Part shown: positions 14,545 through 20,000 of the stretch, one piece after another
How the letters are laid out: each line of letters starts with the position of its first letter
Numbering within the stretch: the first letter of the stretch is position 1
Source of the DNA: an uncultured virus (IMG/VR IMGVR_UViG_3300020193_000012)
Lineage: Duplodnaviria > Heunggongvirae > Uroviricota > Caudoviricetes
Direction: 5' to 3' (one strand)
Virus record (IMG/VR): IMGVR_UViG_3300020193_000012
DNA length: 20,000 nt
The notes under the pieces: model-generated
The model's input: only the letters and a program-made list of their open reading frames with translations
Told to the model about the DNA's origin: nothing
The model's database searches: none
Program-made: the position numbers and the translations under genes

Positions 14545-15930
14545 TTAACTATTTAGAGGTAATGGAGAACCTTTTCTTCCAATTGAATCTCTAACTAAAG
14601 TCAATTTAGTGTATCCACCAGTTCTTATGCTTATATAATGACACAAATCTGCGATTACATAGTATCCACCAAATTGTTCATCCATAACTTTAGTATCCTT
14701 TGTAGAAATTTCTGGAGTGTCAATATAGATGTAATCCCCAGCATGTAAACTAAAATCACCTGTAATAGTAATAGTTACTTTAGTTGAGAAGAACTGATTA
14801 TATCTCATTACAGATTGATTTAGAATATTTTTAGGGTCAAAGTTCTTCTCCTTTGCTTTTTTAATTTGTTGTTTTGTATCACCAGTAGGTAAAGTTCCAG
14901 TATCAATCAACATATATTGTGTTCTTGAAAAATCTTGGTTCTGACCTTTAACATTAAATTCTTCATTATATTTTGGTAGATTTTTTCCTGCTTTTTGTAA
15001 TTTATCTTTATTGGCAAGATTACCGCCTTCAGTATTAGGATTTATAACTTCATAAAAACAATTGAATGGATCAAATAAAATTGTTCTTGTAGAGTAAGTT
15101 CCAATTTGTAATTTTGATTGAACGCTGCCAGCTGAAGTGTCAACATTATACTCTAATATTTTTCCACCATACTCTGGTGGAACAGAGGATCCTCTTCCAT
15201 CAGGAGTATCATTATAAACTAAACTCTTATACTTTTTCTTTCCTCCAGATGGTTCCGTGTCAGAAAGCAATCCTTCAACAGACTTAAATTTAAATCCATC
15301 AGAAGTTTCAAAGAAGAAAAATCCAGCAGTATTCCCTTCTGAATTTTTAGTTTTGGGAATAGATTTTCTTGCCAACTGAAGAATAGTTGCAAAAGGTCTA
15401 AGATTAACTCCCGAATAGTTATAGTTATTAATAGTTTCCTCAATATCTAACTTCTTTTTTCCATCAACTTTTAGAGTTTCCTTAAGAATTTTATTAATAT
15501 GATCGGATATTTTTCCATCCATTCTATAGTTAACTGCAGTTTTATAGTTAAAAATTGCTTCTTTTGATACAAGATTTGCAGAGACTAAAGTTTTTCTGTT
15601 TTCTTTTGCAACAGGTTGAATGAAATCAGAATACAAAGTTACTGATATTTCTTTATCATTTGGATCTGACATTTTCAATTCAACTTTTTCGGTTCCAACC
15701 AACTGAAGTGCTTCTAGAGCTGTTTTCAAATCGTTATCTTTTTTTATTGTTCCAGTATCTGCAAACATAACATCAACTTTTAAAGTTGGACTTAGAACAC
15801 TTTCATAATAATAAAGATCAGTTATAAGGGTAGAAATATCTGCTTGCGTGCTATTGTCATTAGAATACACTAAACACTTTTTAATATCAAAATCTTTAGA
15901 TTGTGCAGCGGTAATTGGTGTATTAGCCAT
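14545..15930 (-). CDS. Baseplate hub protein, T4 gp27/gpD-like
   Basis: 461 aa; LYYYESVLSP, GFFFFETSDGFKFKSVEGL, ITITGDFSLHAGDYIYID and GGYYVIADLCHYI motifs; positioned between tape-measure-like genes and gp5. Confidence 0.75.
   Translation of the reverse strand: MANTPITAAQSKDFDIKKCLVYSNDNSTQADISTLITDLYYYESVLSPTLKVDVMFADTGTIKKDNDLKTALEALQLVGTEKVELKMSDPNDKEISVTLYSDFIQPVAKENRKTLVSANLVSKEAIFNYKTAVNYRMDGKISDHINKILKETLKVDGKKKLDIEETINNYNYSGVNLRPFATILQLARKSIPKTKNSEGNTAGFFFFETSDGFKFKSVEGLLSDTEPSGGKKKYKSLVYNDTPDGRGSSVPPEYGGKILEYNVDTSAGSVQSKLQIGTYSTRTILFDPFNCFYEVINPNTEGGNLANKDKLQKAGKNLPKYNEEFNVKGQNQDFSRTQYMLIDTGTLPTGDTKQQIKKAKEKNFDPKNILNQSVMRYNQFFSTKVTITITGDFSLHAGDYIYIDTPEISTKDTKVMDEQFGGYYVIADLCHYISIRTGGYTKLTLVRDSIGRKGSPLPLNS
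14550..14556 (-). promoter_or_regulatory. T4-type late promoter (CTAAATA) upstream of cp12
   Basis: Lies in the last codons of the hub gene, 24 nt before the cp12 ATG. Confidence 0.6.
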
Positions 15931-15951
15931 TTTTTAAACTTTTCGTATTAC

Positions 15952-15958
15952 TATTTAC
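15952..15958 (-). promoter_or_regulatory. T4-type late promoter (GTAAATA)
   Basis: Overlaps the TAA stop of the 1013-aa gene, 22 nt upstream of ATG 15930. Confidence 0.6.
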
Positions 15959-18900
15959 CTAAGTTCTATAAAATCTTGCGATGGATCTTCATCACCACTT
16001 CCACCAAATCCACCCCCTGATGATCTAATCGGTATAACTTGTGGAGGTGCCATTATTATTTGTGCTTGTGATGGAACTTGATAGGTATAATCATCTTCAG
16101 TCTCAGGAAATCCATCTTCGGTATATTGACTCAGAATAGAAATCAAACTCTCTGCGGCATTTCTTCTTTGATGTATTGTTTCTGTTTGATTAATAATATC
16201 ATAAAAATTAATTCCCAGTAGTTGTACAGAATCTGCATCAACAACATATTCACCAGGATGAGTTAATACATATTCAGTTTTGTTTATAAGACCACCCTCT
16301 TCTGCTGCAGTAATCCATTTTTTCCAACTTTGATCTGGATTTTTTGGAGGCGGATCTTTTTTTGTGCGTTGAGATGCATAGTGATAAAAATTTCCTAAGG
16401 GATCAAACATCGGATCTCCCGCACCTCTACTTCCCAATTGACTTTGACCCTTAAAGCTTTCTCTACCGTCAAGTTTTATTAAAGCCGAAGCAATTTTACC
16501 CTGATTATTTTTTAGTTGTTTTGCAAGTTTAGCATCATATCTTGCCAATCCCTTATAAACTGCTTCATATTGACCACCTTGTCTGCCAACCGCACGAATG
16601 GTATTTGGCCAATTAGGACTAGCAACGCGAGTCAAAACATTAGCAGCGACTCCATAAACATCATCACCAGGACCGGCTTCACCGCTTACAATGTATGCTA
16701 ATTCATTAAAATCAGCATCAGTTAAACCTTTAAGTCCACCACTAGGAACAAGTGAACTCGTGGGTGTCGGAGCCGCCGAGGCCGCTGCAACATCCTTTTC
16801 TCTTTTTAATTTTAAATTTTTATAATCTTCATCAGTTCCATGAACTTTATCTTTTGCTCCTGGGTAACCGCCGTAGAAATAAAATCCATGCTTACTCGCT
16901 AGTTGAGCAAGTTTTTCATTAATTCCACCTTTGGTTTTACTAAATTCATTACCAACACCAAGAATTCTGACTCTTGCTCCAACAGATTTTAAATATGACA
17001 TTTGTGCCTCAACACTTGCAAAGTCATCTACATTATTTGCAATACCTGTTGACAGATCAATTAACATACCATTTAGAGAATTTCCTTTTGCTTGCAGTAT
17101 TTTTAAGACATTTGCTGGACTTCTACCAACTTGCGTATCACTTGTTTCAGAACCACTTCCACTTCTTCCAGCAAATCCATGAGCAATACTATCACCAATT
17201 ACAAATTGCGCTTCTCCACCAAATTGTGCTAAAGGATTAGTACCAGCATCTTCACCTTTCTGTGCTGATGGGTTTGCATTTCCTCCACCATAACCAGACC
17301 TTAACTTAAATTGATCTTTCAGAGACTCCAGTAGCGAATTAACAGGATCTAGCATACTTTCTTTAATGCTATTTCTAGCCCATTTTAAAATATCAACAGA
17401 CCCAATCTCATCCGCTAATGACATTTTCTTACCAGGAATCATAGTATTAGTCAACATATAATTAAATAAATTACTCACTGCTGATGCTAGAGAGTTATAG
17501 TCACCCTCTGAAGGTCCGTTGCCCATAATCAATTTAATCGGCATCTGCAAAAATGGTTTCAAAAATGCTCCAGAAGATGCGATAGTATATGAGTTGCTCA
17601 GGTAACTATATGGATTTACATAACCAGGAGATTCTGGATTTGGAAAAAAAGTTTCAATATTAGTCTTTCCATTTGATTTGCCTGAAGGACTGAAATAAGA
17701 TGCATCTCCACCAACCTCTGCCCCTGGAGATAATGGTGACATCGGAATTTCAATAGTTCTTGCTATTGCTCTTTTACCTTCAGTTCTACCGATAACACCA
17801 CCAACACTTTCACCCGCTCTTGTGATTGCACCACCAGAGGCATATCCCATCGCCCTTACTGCCTCATCACCAAATAGACTACCAAATGATCCTTTCTGTT
17901 TGGCAATCATTCCAAAACTGAGAGTATTTACAATTTCTCTTAGTTGCTCACGTATTCTTGCATCAAATTTTCCAAGATTTTCTCTTTGTTCTTTTATTCC
18001 AGAACTATTACCCGTTAAGAACATCACACCATAATTAAGAAGTTCTATCGCATATCTGAAAGGAGCTCCGACAATATCCAACAAAGTTCCAACACCATTT
18101 AATAAGAAGTTATAAAATCTCATTCCAGGTATTGCTACCGCATTATAAAAAGCAGTTTTTACAAATCTAGTAAATGGATTAGGGTCTTTCTTAGCATCTT
18201 CTAGACCTTTGTAAGCATCAGACTCAATTTTTGTTGTAAATTTTCTCAGTTGAAAGGCACCTTCACCTAGAGCAGAAGATATGAGACCAACTCCAGCAAC
18301 AATACCAGCGGCAGCACGAGCACCAATTTGAGTTGCACCATTAATAGATGCTTGCTGTGCTGCTCTTTGTCCTGCCTGTTGAACAACTCTATCTTTTACC
18401 AAATCAACTGCTTGCTGGCCAGCTCCAGCACTAGCATCACTTTCAACAAGGTCAGAAAAAATCATACCAGCAATCAACATAGAGTTGATTACTTTATTTG
18501 CCATGCTGAGCATCTTTTCATAATTTGCAACTCCAGTATCACCACCAAGAATCTTTGCTTGTTGTTTTCCAAAATCAACAAGTTTATATGCTTCATTCAC
18601 AAATGTTGCCATCGCATTTAGGATTGTTCCAGCAAACTCTATTCCAAAGTTTCCAATCTTAAGAGTTGTAATTAATAACCCCTTTAACTTTGGTAAGTAT
18701 GGTAATAATTTGAGAGTTAATGCACCAAACAATAATGAAAATAAAAAGTTCTTTACTGAATCAAGAAATCCAAGTCTTGGAGTTGTGAATTTATTTGATA
18801 CCGGGTTTTCTCTATTGTCTTTACGATCCTCATATTTCTTTTCAACTTCTTCTCTGCGATTTCTCTCTAATAACTTTACCTTTTGTTTAAATGCTACATC

Positions 18901-18996
18901 TTTAAATTTATTTTTCTGTCCAACAAGTTTTTCAACACGAATGACTTGTTTCTGAATTATGAAAGCAGTTGGATTTTTTAGTTTGATATATGCCAT
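15955..18996 (-). CDS. Tape-measure-like tail protein with SGNH hydrolase and SleB-like (Hydrolase_2) cell-wall hydrolase domains
   Basis: Coiled, hydrophobic, Ala/Gly-rich N-half. SGNH blocks FVIGDSIA, QVGR, STGIANN and DKVH (~17207-16815). SleB-like LAYIVSGEAG...VAANVLTRVASPNWPNTIRAVGRQGGQYE (~16730-16378). C-terminal GG...HPGEYVV motif. Confidence 0.78.
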   Translation of the reverse strand: MAYIKLKNPTAFIIQKQVIRVEKLVGQKNKFKDVAFKQKVKLLERNRREEVEKKYEDRKDNRENPVSNKFTTPRLGFLDSVKNFLFSLLFGALTLKLLPYLPKLKGLLITTLKIGNFGIEFAGTILNAMATFVNEAYKLVDFGKQQAKILGGDTGVANYEKMLSMANKVINSMLIAGMIFSDLVESDASAGAGQQAVDLVKDRVVQQAGQRAAQQASINGATQIGARAAAGIVAGVGLISSALGEGAFQLRKFTTKIESDAYKGLEDAKKDPNPFTRFVKTAFYNAVAIPGMRFYNFLLNGVGTLLDIVGAPFRYAIELLNYGVMFLTGNSSGIKEQRENLGKFDARIREQLREIVNTLSFGMIAKQKGSFGSLFGDEAVRAMGYASGGAITRAGESVGGVIGRTEGKRAIARTIEIPMSPLSPGAEVGGDASYFSPSGKSNGKTNIETFFPNPESPGYVNPYSYLSNSYTIASSGAFLKPFLQMPIKLIMGNGPSEGDYNSLASAVSNLFNYMLTNTMIPGKKMSLADEIGSVDILKWARNSIKESMLDPVNSLLESLKDQFKLRSGYGGGNANPSAQKGEDAGTNPLAQFGGEAQFVIGDSIAHGFAGRSGSGSETSDTQVGRSPANVLKILQAKGNSLNGMLIDLSTGIANNVDDFASVEAQMSYLKSVGARVRILGVGNEFSKTKGGINEKLAQLASKHGFYFYGGYPGAKDKVHGTDEDYKNLKLKREKDVAAASAAPTPTSSLVPSGGLKGLTDADFNELAYIVSGEAGPGDDVYGVAANVLTRVASPNWPNTIRAVGRQGGQYEAVYKGLARYDAKLAKQLKNNQGKIASALIKLDGRESFKGQSQLGSRGAGDPMFDPLGNFYHYASQRTKKDPPPKNPDQSWKKWITAAEEGGLINKTEYVLTHPGEYVVDADSVQLLGINFYDIINQTETIHQRRNAAESLISILSQYTEDGFPETEDDYTYQVPSQAQIIMAPPQVIPIRSSGGGFGGSGDEDPSQDFIELR

Positions 18997-18999
18997 GTC

Positions 19000-20000
19000 T
19001 TACCTCAACTCTAAGTTGTGATATTCCCAATCACTTCCACCACCTGATGAATATCCAGAAGATCCAGAATTGACATAAATCGGTTGTGATGGCATTACTA
19101 CAACTTCAGGGTCTTCAACAATTACTTGTGGTCTTTGATCTATTTTCCTACCGGTATATTTACTCAGATGTTGTATTAATGTAGATGACTTTTCTCCTCT
19201 TTGTCTTTCATTCTCAATTCCATTTATCATACTAAAGAAAGAATTCCCACCAAATAAATCAACAGAATCTTTATCAATTACATACTCGCCCCTGTGGAGT
19301 AATCTAATTCCACCAATAGAAGTTGGACCACCACTTTGACGAGATCCAGTAAATGGCGATTCTTTACTATATCTTGATAATGGATTGAACCTAGAAAGAA
19401 CTGAGCTCTTAGACATTCCAGTATCTCTTGGATTTGTTGCTGCCTCCCAGTGTAAATGTGGTCCAGTAGATCTTCCTGTGCTACCAAGAACGCCAAGAAC
19501 AGTTCCAGCATTAACTTTTTGTCCTGCTTTTACAAATGCCGGTTTGTTCATGTGAGCATAAAAATGAGCAACTCCAAAACTATCGATCCAGTTTACATAA
19601 TTTCCATATCCACCATCAGTTCCAGTTGCTTCAATAGTTCCAGCAGTAAACGCTTTTAAATATTCTCCAGTATTCCCAGATATATCAACGCCCATGTGCA
19701 TACCAGGAGATAGAGCAAGTCCTCTCATACCCATCTCTGAGGTTACAACATGTCCTCCAGAAGGTTGTTGAACTGGAGGTGGTAAATTTCCTGGATTTCC
19801 ATCTGGAGTTTCTGGATCACAAATGCATGGATCTACATTTGCGGCAGGAGAACCTGGAGCAATTTTTGCCATCGTTCCCATTCCACCTGCTTTAATCTGA
19901 GCAAGGCGTGTCATAAAAGCAGGTCTTGACATATGAGCTTTGTTTCTACCAGCAAATTGATCTGGGTAAGTTCCACCACTACTATGAGGAAGACCTCTCC
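19000..20000 (-). CDS. Tape-measure-like tail protein with M23 peptidase domain (5' part outside the window)
   Basis: Frame stays open from 19932 to the window edge (RGLPHSSGGTYPDQFAGRNKAH-MSRP). M23 zinc motifs HMGVD and GSTGRSTGPHLHWE, with GYGNYV and YAHM. Confidence 0.85.
   Translation of the reverse strand, partial: RGLPHSSGGTYPDQFAGRNKAHMSRPAFMTRLAQIKAGGMGTMAKIAPGSPAANVDPCICDPETPDGNPGNLPPPVQQPSGGHVVTSEMGMRGLALSPGMHMGVDISGNTGEYLKAFTAGTIEATGTDGGYGNYVNWIDSFGVAHFYAHMNKPAFVKAGQKVNAGTVLGVLGSTGRSTGPHLHWEAATNPRDTGMSKSSVLSRFNPLSRYSKESPFTGSRQSGGPTSIGGIRLLHRGEYVIDKDSVDLFGGNSFFSMINGIENERQRGEKSSTLIQHLSKYTGRKIDQRPQVIVEDPEVVVMPSQPIYVNSGSSGYSSGGGSDWEYHNLELR

Noticed and set aside
4397..19659. Remaining plus-strand ORFs and nested minus-strand alternative-frame ORFs (e.g. 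7390..7818, 9113..9376, 9755..10066, 10526..10879, 16931..17240, 18328..18621)
   Set aside because: Shadows of long, motif-bearing minus-strand genes; no RBS, promoter or domain support seen.
19930..19932. ATG start of the 310-aa M23 ORF
   Set aside because: The frame is open to the window edge with protein-like sequence, so this is most likely an internal Met of a longer gene.
1..20000. CRISPR array, IS element, intein or self-splicing intron
   Set aside because: No regularly spaced direct repeats, terminal inverted repeats, transposase or intein motifs were seen, and intergenic gaps are too short.

Overview
AT-rich window from a T4-like cyanomyovirus (Kyanoviridae-type; inferred from CP12, a gp5 OB-fold gene, T4-type late promoter motifs and UNN-anticodon tRNAs). 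Every supportable gene is on the minus strand. In transcription order (right to left): two paralogous tape-measure-like tail proteins carrying wall-hydrolase domains (M23 peptidase; SGNH esterase plus SleB-like hydrolase), a gp27-like baseplate hub, cp12, a gp5 N-terminal gene, a 1403-aa protein with four PA14-like modules, a beta-helix spike-like gene, and two paralogous proteins with a shared C-terminal domain flanking a 2OG-Fe(II) oxygenase. Next comes a sigma70-type promoter driving small ORFs, tRNA-Leu(UAA), tRNA-Thr(UGU), an HNH-like protein and a Mom-like GNAT DNA-modification enzyme, closed by an intrinsic terminator. The window ends in the first 1053 codons of a large tail-fibre-like virion protein that is missing from the ORF track. 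Best leads: the SGNH + SleB fusion, the HNH-like/Mom-like pair, the oxygenase coupled between spike-like paralogs, the apparently split gp5 with PA14 insertions, and a tRNA-Leu without a long variable arm. All family calls come from motif recognition by eye; no database searches were run.
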